Assembly: GCA_027604505.1 (NCBI GenBank)
Contig: JADIIX010000152.1
Span: 1-47,707, forward strand
Length of the DNA: 47,707 nucleotides
DNA from: Gonapodya sp. JEL0774
Lineage: Eukaryota
Reading direction: 5' to 3'
Shown: one piece after another, positions 38,158 through 47,707 of the stretch
Layout of the letters: every line of letters begins with the position of its first letter
How positions within the stretch are numbered: position 1 is the first letter of the stretch
Translations under genes and position numbers: made by a program
The notes under the pieces: model-generated
What the model was told of the DNA's origin: nothing
The model's database searches: none
Seen by the model: only the letters and a program-made list of their open reading frames with translations

Positions 38158-41100
38158 CTACAGGAACGGTTCTAGTTGAATCTCCAAAGCGGACACTGCA
38201 TACGGGAGCCCAAAGTTCTTCCCTACGTCTGGGTGCAGCACACCAACGTTACCAATGACCTTCCCACCATGCACGACATCAGCTGCCCGACCAGGAAAGT
38301 ATGTGGGATCTATGTTTAAGTGGAAGTGAAAGTGGTGCAAGCATCGGGTTCGTTGAGGGATTGCAAACTGAAGACCAATCCTCGGGTGGAGAGAATATAG
38401 GGACCTGACTTACGTTGGGATTCCTTGATGTAATAGGTGTTTGGGGCGCCTGTAGATTCGTACTTGACGCCGAGTACTCGCATCAAGCGATCCAAAAGTC
38501 CGTGAACAAACTTGACAATGACACAAACGTGTTTTATGTCCGGTCATTCACTCCCGGTATCCGATCGCTCTCTCACGAAACACATACCTCGAAGCCACTC
38601 GACTTGCTGACATACAGAGCTGCTACCCTCCTCTCATTTCTCGCTCGCCTCTCGACCGAGTCGTCCTTGAAAGCTACATCCGAAACCTCAAAGATCTTGA
38701 TGGGCAGTGACGAATTGAGATTCGAGGCTACCGTCTTGAGTAGGCCGGGGAGCAAGGAGGTTCGCACGACTTGGTACTCGATGGTTTTGGGGTTCGCCAA
38801 CTTCACGGCAGTGGTGTTGTCATCCACTAGGTTGAGGAAGTTGAAGTTTTCCTCGATGGAACACTGATACCGGGTGCATGAGTGAACGGTGAGATAGATT
38901 CCTGAGCAACGAGATTGTTCTTCCTTGCGACTCTCCCCAGAACTCACCAGAATCAAGGGCAACGCCTCAGTCCAACCCGCCAGCGCCACCTCCCTCCTCA
39001 CCGCATCCGACAACTTGCTGATACTCAGCGCCCCACCAATCGTGGCCACCCTCCCCGTCACCTTGGCCAGATTGTTGAACCCGTATGCGATCCCCACGTC
39101 TTCCATCACGTCGCACGGATGCAAAACGTCGGCTCGTGTGGGCCCAACGCTCACCTCGACCATGTCCTCGCCCAGGGGTTTCGTGGGGAGACACATTCGG
39201 TTGAGAAGGTGGGATATTTCGGAGGGGGAAAGGGAGAGTCCTAAGCAAGAGTTGATGTACGAGGTGTGGACGGGAACATGGCGGACAGAGAGGGATGGGG
39301 TGGTCACCGTGCGAGTGGGATAAATAATCTCTACCGGCTCAATACTGGAGAGTGGTTTGAAGGCGGACAGAGGCAGTTTCATGGTGGCGAGGATGTGAGG
39401 AGAACGCAATCACGCGCCGGTGCCTCACCCCAAGTACCTACTTGTACGGCTCCTTGCAATATTGACTGAACATTGCGCAGAACACATTCAACACGATCTC
39501 CGCTTTGTTCTCGTCCGTTGCAGTAATCTCCACCAGAACATTCTTGGTCCCCATGTGGATCTTGGTGTGGTCTCCGTTGATGATCGGAGGAAGGGAGAGA
39601 ACGGTGGATGCTTTATTGCGGGTACGGACCAGGGGATACACGGGCTTGTCGCGGATGATGTGTAGGAAGCGGCCGATGTGACGGTCGTTCTAGGACGCAT
39701 AGGTGAAGATGGATGTCAGACATTTGCTCTTTGTCAACCGATGTGTTCAACGGATCCAGAGCGCGGCACAAACCGTGTAGTGCTCCATCAACTCATTCCC
39801 GTCCATTTCCTTCGTTTGATTCAACGGCTTGAACCTCATCGCCTCAGGCTTCACCCCCACGTATTCGAACGGTCCCTGCACCGTGTCCAGATCGTGCGTC
39901 CCGATACTGGCCAGAGTACGCTTTCGCGCAAGAGTGCCGTGGAGTTTTTCTTGCAGGTCAATGAAGGATTTGTACGAAGCTTGGGTGAAGGTAATGTTGC
40001 GGAGAATTGCGGCGACGAGGACCGGTCGGACGGGAAGGACCTGCACAGGGGTTAAGTGGGTCATACATGGAAACAAGTGATTTCACTTGGGTGGCTCGAG
40101 TGGGCGAGAGCTCAAGGGGGTTCTGGTTTAGAAAGCGTGGTTTTCTCCCCTCGTCCTGAAGCTCACACTCTCCAGGACACTCCCTAAATCGGCAAGCCAC
40201 CACCAATTACCCATACGACTTTCCTTCTTGATCCCCAGCAACTCCACGTGGTCCCACGAGCTCTATAAGATCCCGAGAGGTGCCTAGCGCGATTCCTACC
40301 CACCGATTCGGACACATATATCTTCTCCCTCTTTCCACTTGCTGGCTCTTTCACAATGTAGATGGGGTTTTCCCCGGTGCCAATGAATACGCGGAGAGCA
40401 CGAGCAAGCCCCTCGGCGCAAAGCATGTCATATCTGTTCCCAGCGGGGAGAGGTGGGATTTTACGTTTAGAAAGGACAATGTCAGTCGCGAGTCGCACAC
40501 CATCTACACGAGGCCAATCCTTTATGGAAATCTGTTCCTCCATATGTACATCCCAAGCGATTCCACTGCAATACTTCATGCTCACACATACCACCCACGA
40601 TCAACACCAGAGACGCACAGAGCCGGCGATCCCCATATAAGGGCACGCTCTTGTTACCCCTTCTGCAACACCGCACAAACGCACCTATTGGCCGGAATAT
40701 CAATCTTGAATATCTTCCTATCCGATAATTTATCCAACTTGTCCTTTTCATGCACTCCCTCCTCAATGGCCGAGTCCCTCTCACTAGTTTCTTCTTCAAG
40801 TTCGATGCCGAAGTCGAAGCAGAGGTCGAAGAAGTCGTCGTAGGCTGCAGTAGTGAGGAACGGGGGGGGAGGGGGGAGGGGGATGGAGGAGAAGCGAAGG
40901 AGGGAACAGGGAAGAGTGGAACATTGATGAGAGTCGTGTGGTTTAAAGATGTCCGTTTTCTTCAGGAATCGATGAGATTCCCTTTGTCCCAGTTTGGTGT
41001 GATCCTGGAATCAACCTGCCAACCAAACGATCCCGAAAAAATGCCGCCACATCTCGAAGAATTCCATTCGTCCACCAATACATTCAGGTTCTCCTAAACG

Positions 41101-41404
41101 TAAACCTTTGCTCAAGTGCGTCTCTGCCTGCTTCTGTGCGCTGTCATCCAGTGATGCAGGTTTCTCGACTCCCTCCCACAGCAACTGTTGCGACCGGTTC
41201 CAATGAATCAATCAAAAGAGTGTAGAGCGATTGAAAAAGCAGGCTGTTCCTGGGCCCTTTATCCGCCCCAGTGTAAACCCGACAGTATCAGGAGCACAAG
41301 AGAAAACACCGTTCCCTTTGCAGGTCGATTCGAAACGAGCACGCACAGTATTCCTTGCCGATTGCGGCGTACAGGTCGAGTTTATCGACGTTGATGGACG
41401 GCAT
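38158..41404 (-). CDS. FRS1: Phenylalanine--tRNA ligase beta subunit (cytosolic)
   Basis: [19 protein letters not shown]|...[123 protein letters not shown]...LEIQLEPFL*. Confidence 0.96.
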
Positions 41405-41931
41405 AGCCGGATGCGAAGCGGAAGGACAGTGGAAGAATGGAGTAAGGGCGAGGTGAAGATTAGAGGAGGGCACAGTCGGGTTTTATCGTGGAATATGGCA
41501 GCACACGAAGATCCATGTGCTCCACCTCCACCACCAAAAACCCGCTTCGAAATTGGAAACGTATACATTCCAATCTCGACTGTCAGGAACCACATCGAAA
41601 ATTTCGCTCCCGCTATCGGGGCTCTTGCAAACGGTACGAATGTTGCGAAACGATGGATTTCTCGCCATGGACACCACCATTCTGCGCATCGTGCATGAAC
41701 AAATGACAGAAATGTTCCGTTGCCCGTTGAATAGTATAGATCTCTCCTTTGCACTCACGTGTTTCCTGATCAAATACATAATTCATGTATGATAACACTG
41801 TGGTGTGATGTCATTTGGGGCCAGTCAGTCCGCCTCCGCTTTGGTGACTTGATCGGCATTCCCACGCCGAACCGCTCGCTTTCCATACATATCGGAAGTC
41901 AATCGACGAAACCCATCAGAATCCACGCAGA

Positions 41932-42733
41932 ATGCAAGCGCTACTCAAATTGGGCGTGGCTGCGGGGGCAGCTTAGTGAGTCCTCGTGTCAGGACAGAGT
42001 CTTTTGCCTCCGAGTTCACACTCCTCTTCCCTGCCATCCCTTGTTCTGTAACGCTCAAACCAGCACCTTGGACTCGAATCTCGGTTTCTCACGTGATCTT
42101 TTTTCAATCAATGCGGGAAGACAGACTCTCAACTTGTAAGTCCCATCATGGTTGTTCCTTTCGACATTCCAACAACTATTAATACTCCAAAAATATATAA
42201 GCATCACTTCTGAGCTTGCCGCCCGCCGTTTTTCTCAAATAGACAGATTTCTTCTGCAAGCGGCCAAAAAGCCACACGAGCCCTTTCTCGTGTATCAGGA
42301 AGAGCCCGGTTCCGGAGTCGATAAAGTCAAGACGTACACTTGGAGTGAGGTGGATGCAGAGTCAAATAAGATTGGTGAGCTGCATGCCGAATTTGGAGGT
42401 GGTTCTCGTGGCTTGGGCAGACATACGATAGGAGCGTGAGTGAAGGAGGTGGGAGACACGATCAGGCATATTTTGCCATTCCAATGCAGTTCCCCAAACA
42501 TGCTGTCACGAAAAATCCACATAACTTTGCGAGATATTCATGGAAAACAGAGAGAAGTAATCGTGGACCGTCACGGAAACGGCTGTCCGCCCCTTTTTTA
42601 ATCACTGAGCTTCAACACGCGAACTCACCAACCCAACCGACCCCCAGCCCACCTGCTCCTCTCTCTTGGTGTCCGACCGGGCGATATGCTAGCACTCATG
42701 TACCAAAACTCTCCCGAATTTATCTTCATCATG
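41932..42733 (+). pseudogene. 5' part (about 125 codons) of a fatty-acid transport protein / very-long-chain acyl-CoA synthetase (FATP/FAT1-like); AMP-binding core absent
   Basis: Exons 41932-41975, 42064-42135, 42202-42374 and 42648-42733 splice in frame: MQALLKLGVAAGAAYTLDSNLGFSRDL...KKPHEPFLVY...TYTWSEVDAESNKIAHLLLSLGVRPGDMLALMYQNSPEFIFIM. No IYTSGTTGxPK exon follows before the next gene. Confidence 0.72.
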
Positions 42734-42799
42734 GTGGGTTGTGTGTCTACCTCCCCGGATTCGGAACGCAGCTAGCCGAAACCCGATGGCGCATCAAAC

Positions 42800-42875
42800 C
42801 GCGGCGGCGGGGGGGGGCGGGGCGCGGGGGCTGGCGATGGGAGGGGATGGGGCGAGCGGGAGCCACATGGGGGGC
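42800..42875 (+). repeat. G-run low-complexity tract (G-quadruplex-forming pattern)
   Basis: gcggcggcgggggggggcggggcgcgggggctggcgatgggaggggatggggcgagcggg contains more than four runs of 3 or more G with short spacers. A similar tract lies at ~43177-43270. Confidence 0.7.
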
Positions 42876-43081
42876 GCCATGCGAGCTATTAGGAGTGTGC
42901 TCGCTCGAGTAAGGCGATCACAGCGGGGGTTCACGAGCGCAGCCTACCGATGATACCCCGTCGGGCGGAGCGTCTCGTCCAACAGATGAATGCAGAGGAC
43001 CCGGTCTCGGTATTACCCAACCAACACCCTCCTCTCCTCCTCTCCTCCCCCTTTCCCTTTCCCCTTCACCCCCTTCCCCAG

Positions 43082-43207
43082 TCCCTCCTCAAATCCCTCG
43101 GCTTCGACGACCTCCCGGGCGTCGTCGTGGCCGAGGCCACCGTCGCCGCGCCTGTGGTGCCCGGCGCGTCGTTTGGCGGGGGGAGGGGGAGGGGCAGGCG
43201 GGAGTAG
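43082..43207 (+). other. RPS17: Isolated terminal exon resembling the C-terminus of 40S ribosomal protein eS17
   Basis: Long polypyrimidine tract plus CAG acceptor at 43081, then SLLKSLGFDDLPGVVVAEATVAAPVVPGASFGGGRGRGRRE*, resembling the eS17 tail (LLKSLGFD...FG-RR). The N-terminal MGRVRTK exons are not seen in the window. Confidence 0.62.
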
Positions 43208-43762
43208 AGTGGTAGATGGGGGGCGGATGAGGGTTAGGGGGGGTGGATGGGGTTGTAGGGTCGATTGGGGAGATTTGAACGGTGTATGGGCGCGGGTGAA
43301 GACGGGATAATACATTGCACGCATCATTCTTCTACACGTGGTTTTTCGCCGCGTCGCTCTACTTCGCCACCAAACCCTCCACCCCCCCGGCATGCACATG
43401 GTCCGAACCTAGGGTCCTTTTCAAACACCGTCACCATCTTCTGCACACCATGGTGACCGCCGTGACCGCCGTGAGAGCGCAGAGAACGGATTCTCACCTA
43501 GAAGAAGCTGGCACCGGACTATAACCGGTACTTGTGCACCGACTTACTTTCACACTCCCACAGCCCATGGACCACGTACGTATACTGCACGACACCCTCT
43601 GACTTTCAGGGCTCAGAAGCACTGTGGCACTCGCACACGAGGCACGCACCAGCACAACCTGACACCTATAATGTTTTTCGTTGGGCGTTCTCCTCCCCTG
43701 CCCTGGTTATCAGATTAAGGTATCGTCTCGATCCACATGGTGGGACAACAAACTCCCTCCCT

Positions 43763-46292
43763 TCATCTCCCAACACCATACTCTACTGCACCTACAATCC
43801 CACCAACAACCACTGCAACTGGACTGGGAACACCCAGGTATCCCACACTCACAAATGCCACAGCCGCCAGTGCGACATGAATCTGATGGTCCCCCACACT
43901 TGTGCTCACACACTGTGGTGACGTAGTGGTTGGCACATCATGGGACAAGGGAGAAACACCCTTTTGCCACAGTCCATAAAAAGCTGAGAAAAGTAACCCT
44001 ACAGCAGCTGCATTAAGCCCTGCGAAAATGGGGCGGGAGAGTGGGTGGGAGCGAAGGCTGGACCAGAGGGGAAGCATCCCAGTGATGAGAACTGGGTTTG
44101 CAAAGTTGTAAGGGTGGATGAGAACAAGAACAGAATGAGTTGGGCTGCACAGAGAGCGGTCAATGTCTGAGTGAACATGGGGACTGCACTTACTTAGTCC
44201 TGGAGCAAACATTCCAATCCAACTCAAGATCGCGGAGACAAACATGGTTGGTGCTCCCTTCATGGCAAGAGCACCAAAGTAACCTATACAATTTGATTGC
44301 ATCTACGTGTGCACATGTGACATGTATGTTGGCAATAATCACCCACCTGCAAAATTAAACACTGGCCCAGGTACCGCATTGGTCACTGCAACACCAACCA
44401 CAAAGTCACTTTCCTTCATGAAGGGTTCTCCGGTTACGCTCTTTCCTGTCAGCCACGTCTGCAACAGTGGAACAACCACGGCAAGTCCACCGAAAGCAAC
44501 ACTGCCGGTGAACCAGAAGATGGAGAGGAGAAGAAGAGGTGCTGGAAGCGAGGGGTGAAGGATTGCAAAGGGGGCGGAGCAGGCAAGGAGAGTAACCCAG
44601 AGAAGGGCTAGCATGGTGCCTGACGAGTCAAGAAATTGTTGCACAGGCATGAACGTGGAAAGTCTAAATAGCCACATCCTCACCTTGCCGAGCAGTGAGT
44701 GGAATAAATGGTTGGTCGGTCGGTTGCAATTGATCAAGTGGTGGTGACGGCAATCCAGTTCCAGGCACGTGCGGTTTGTCATCCCATGATGAAGATGGAC
44801 GTGGATCTGCTTGTTCTCGATCCAGTTCGCAGTCTCTACCACTGGCACGTCTTTGGCGTGTTGATGGTACTGAGATCCTAGGCAAGTGAGAATTGGGGTT
44901 CTCCACTGGTGAAAGTAAGTGATCGACATCTGGGACGATCTGGAGTTCAGTACCGTATCCATTGTCGTTATGGTGCAAGAAACTGTGCACATTAATATCC
45001 TTGGACTGCTGAGCAAGTCCATGCGTCGATTGTTCGGATAAGCTCTCTTCCACACAGGCGACATCGATGTGTGATCTTGGACGAGCTGCACCGCGTGTCG
45101 GTGCCAGAATGCTCCGTTGCTCCGCTGAAGCCCGCGCAACTCCACCGTTGGTGATCGTCTCAATGTCTGGGCTCGTTCCAACACCCTCATCTCCACCACT
45201 CCCACGCTTGAGCCGCTCCATGATTCGCCTTCCCCGTGCACTCCCTGCCGCCCAGACTTTCCCACGCTCCCATGCCACCGTGACTGTCGCACTCGCGACC
45301 ATGATCACAGGAAATACGTACGGCGCCGAAAGATTGATTCCGATGCTGAATGCTGCGAGTGCGAGTGTGCGGGAGAGTGGGGCGGTGAGGATGGTTCGCG
45401 AGAGACGGTAGGCGGCGAGCGCGAGGAGGCCGAGGGCAGCAGAGACTGTTCATGGGAGAACGAAATAATATTGCGGCACCACGTGGTGTGGGGAGCAGGG
45501 TGGTTATAGCGCATTCCAAACGTCCAATTCATGCTCAACTCACTGATTCCGTTTTCAATGGCGACAATCCAGGACGGTAAACCGTTTCCACTGGAGCCTA
45601 CTACGGCTCCCAAAACAGTAAGAGTGAGGAATCCGGGGAGACACCACACGAGAAACCCTGCAATGGCAGGGAGTATGCCGGCTCTGGTTCGTGCAAAGTC
45701 AGGTTTGATATGCAAATACGGATTATTTTTGAGAGACATAATCCATTGAGTCTCATGTGTTCATTGAATGCGGAAAGCGGAGACTCTGTACCTTGTTACA
45801 GCTATGCTGTACACAAGCATGGCATTTCCGGGTCCGGGAAAGGCCTAAAATGATGTCAGTCAATACCAGTGCAGGGACCAAAGCGATAGCACAGAAGTGG
45901 ACCTGCGATATGGCAAACAACTCTGCAAAGACAGTGTCAGAAACCCTTCGCGAAACGGAAAACGAAAAGGATGAGGACACGGGATCCGCTCAATCATTGT
46001 GACACTTCGGTTGAACGACCCACCATTTTCGTTTGATCACGAATATTTCGTGGTAGACAGCGACCTTCCACCGGAAAATGACACGTTAGTTGTGAAGAAA
46101 GGGATTCCGCAATGTCGAGGAACCAGCTGCAGGTTGATGCCCTTTGAATCGGCCTGCATTATACCGTCCATTTCGACGTCTCACCTGAGCCGCCCCCCCA
46201 AACGATATAAACGCCAAAGGAAAGTAAACGGAAACGATCTCCCAGAGACGGGAGCGCAGTGTGCGAGCGGATGCAGATGCCGAAGAGGACAT
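43763..46292 (-). CDS. chrA: Chromate ion transporter (CHR family, long two-domain form)
   Basis: YFPLAFISFGGAAQ|VAVYHEIFVIKRKW, FAELFAISQ, FLVWCLPG. Second repeat GSVAFGGLAVVVPLLQ, NAVPGPVFNFAG|YFGALA, GLNAAAVGLLF. Long low-complexity linker between the repeats. Confidence 0.9.
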
Positions 46293-46500
46293 CAATGGGA
46301 AACCTAGAGTATGGTTTCTCCACTTTGACCAAAGTCTGAATACACCGAAACCGGAACCAGCCTTCAAACAAACCCAACCCATAATACTGAGCACAAACAT
46401 CAACATGGACATGCCATTGTCTCATTGTTTTGCAAGGGCGTGAGGAGAGTACACGACCTCTGCATTTGCTCTATGTGAATATTATTCTCACTCTCCTCGG

Positions 46501-46900
46501 ATGCCATTCTCAGCAATCCACTTGGGTCCGTTCTCCCTCCTTGTAAATTACATTGCGATTGTCTGGGTCTGCTTCTTCTTTGTATTGCTCTGCCTTCCGT
46601 CGTTCTATCCTGTCACGGCAACGAACTTGAAATGTGGGTCTTCATGGTTGTCTCATTATCTATATGAGGTTAAGATTAGTATCGTCCATTTGGATCAGAT
46701 TTCATAGATGCTCCGATCACGGTGGGCTTCACGATAACCTTTCTGACTCTATACTGGGTCCTTGTACTTTCTCTAGGATTCTGTTTCTATTCGTTGGAGT
46801 GCTGTCTGCTGATACCGATGGTGTTACTTACTCCGCGCGAAAATGGTTCGTTGGCCCCATTACTCAAGTGACCGATGAAGAAATTACCGCTCTTGACGGT
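46501..46900 (+). pseudogene. Orphan 3' fragment of an APC/ACT-family amino-acid (GABA/polyamine) permease
   Basis: HLGPFSLLVNYIAIVWVCFFFVLLCLPSFYPVTATNLK|YAPITVG...LYWVL|SARKWFVGP are the last TMs of UGA4/TPO5-like permeases. Only about 200 bp separate it from the chrA start. The expected acceptor before SARKW reads ...ttac rather than ...ag. Confidence 0.72.
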
Positions 46901-47173
46901 TGCCCAAATTTAGCTGTGCAGTTACTTGCACAAACATTGAGCGGGCCGAAGGGCAGAGAATTTCGCAAATGTGCAGATCCATACCTTGTGTATAGTTCAT
47001 GTCATGACGGACCATTTCCCATCGCCCCGAGTGCGCGTCATTGGACAGAGGTTGATGATCGGCGATCGTCGGGCTGTGGCGGGTGCTATCGGTTCCGGCC
47101 CCGCACGTCCATTCAGATACCATTTCATACATCAAGCTTCAAGTAAGCGCCCAGCATCTTCCAAACTGACATC

Positions 47174-47707
47174 ATGGCTCCGGGCTTCGAATCCAACGCA
47201 GATGAGGTTCGCCTCGCGAAAATGGGCTACAAACAGGAATTCAATCGAGGGTTCTCCCTGATCCATGTGAGGATGACTTCCTTCGGCGACCCGATCCTCC
47301 ACCCAATCATCCTGAAACTCCCGGTTTCATTCGTTACTATAGAATTTTGGTGTTTCCTTTTCTCACATATCGATCATCATCGGAGTAGGCACTCTTCTTT
47401 CATACGCGCTACTATGTGGTGGTCCCGCAGGTGCCGTGATGGGATGGATCGTGGTGTCCTTTCTGTCGCTTATGGTGGCATTGTCGTAAGTTGGTTACAT
47501 GGTTGGGTGTGCGGTTTGATTGCGAAGATCCTGTGATCCGATCCCCATTTCATAGCATGGGGGAAATCTGCTCTGCGTACCCAACCGCCGGTGGTTTATA
47601 GTGAGTCGTGGCGATCGGGCACCCTGCCGCATTCGATTCTCTCTCAACTAGTATCAACTGGTCCAACGCAGCTACTGGTGTGCAAAACTGGGAGGTGACA
47701 AGTGGGG
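47174..47707 (+). CDS. Amino-acid/GABA permease (APC superfamily, UGA4/TPO5-like), 5' part; continues beyond the window
   Basis: MAPGFESNADEVRLAKMGYKQEFNRGFSLIH|NFGVSFSHISII...GGPAGAVMGWIVVS...|MGEICSAYPTAGGLY|YWCAKL. Confidence 0.92.

Noticed and set aside
44339..45411. Long overlapping ORFs (44339-45292, 44664-45308, 45067-45411) as separate genes
   Set aside because: They are chrA exons read through introns, alternate frames, or antisense shadows. The same applies to most ORF-track entries opposite the identified genes.
36785..46292. NAT, chrA, MFS and SNG1-like genes as a detoxification gene cluster
   Set aside because: They are interspersed with housekeeping genes (RRP5, PheRS, PCT1) and all four families are common in fungi. 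There is no evidence of a coherent cluster.

Overview
Gene-dense, intron-rich eukaryotic DNA with many short GT-AG introns. It is most consistent with an early-diverging (chytrid/monoblepharid-like) fungus; that taxon call is inference from gene content and style. By hand-splicing I reconstruct about 17 protein-coding genes: SDR, 3-hydroxyacyl-CoA dehydrogenase, calcineurin A, a P-type ATPase, an MFS transporter, BLOC-1 subunit 2, an uncharacterised Rossmann/YxxxK protein, two tandem SNG1/DUF3533-like membrane proteins, a bZIP factor, choline-phosphate cytidylyltransferase, a cobalamin-binding radical SAM enzyme, RRP5, arylamine N-acetyltransferase, PheRS beta, a chromate transporter and an amino-acid permease. 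I found no rRNA, tRNA, CRISPR array or intact transposon. Most notable: (1) an intron-containing, prokaryote-type B12-dependent radical SAM gene with an apparent mitochondrial presequence; (2) a P-type ATPase with prokaryote-like rather than SERCA/PMR1 motifs; (3) an in-frame chimera of a truncated fatty-acid transport protein (FATP) and the last exon of ribosomal protein S17, joined at a G-run tract; (4) an orphan permease 3' fragment; (5) local CpG depletion; (6) frequent AAG splice acceptors. CDS coordinates span start to stop codon and include introns. All calls come from motif recognition; no database searches were run.
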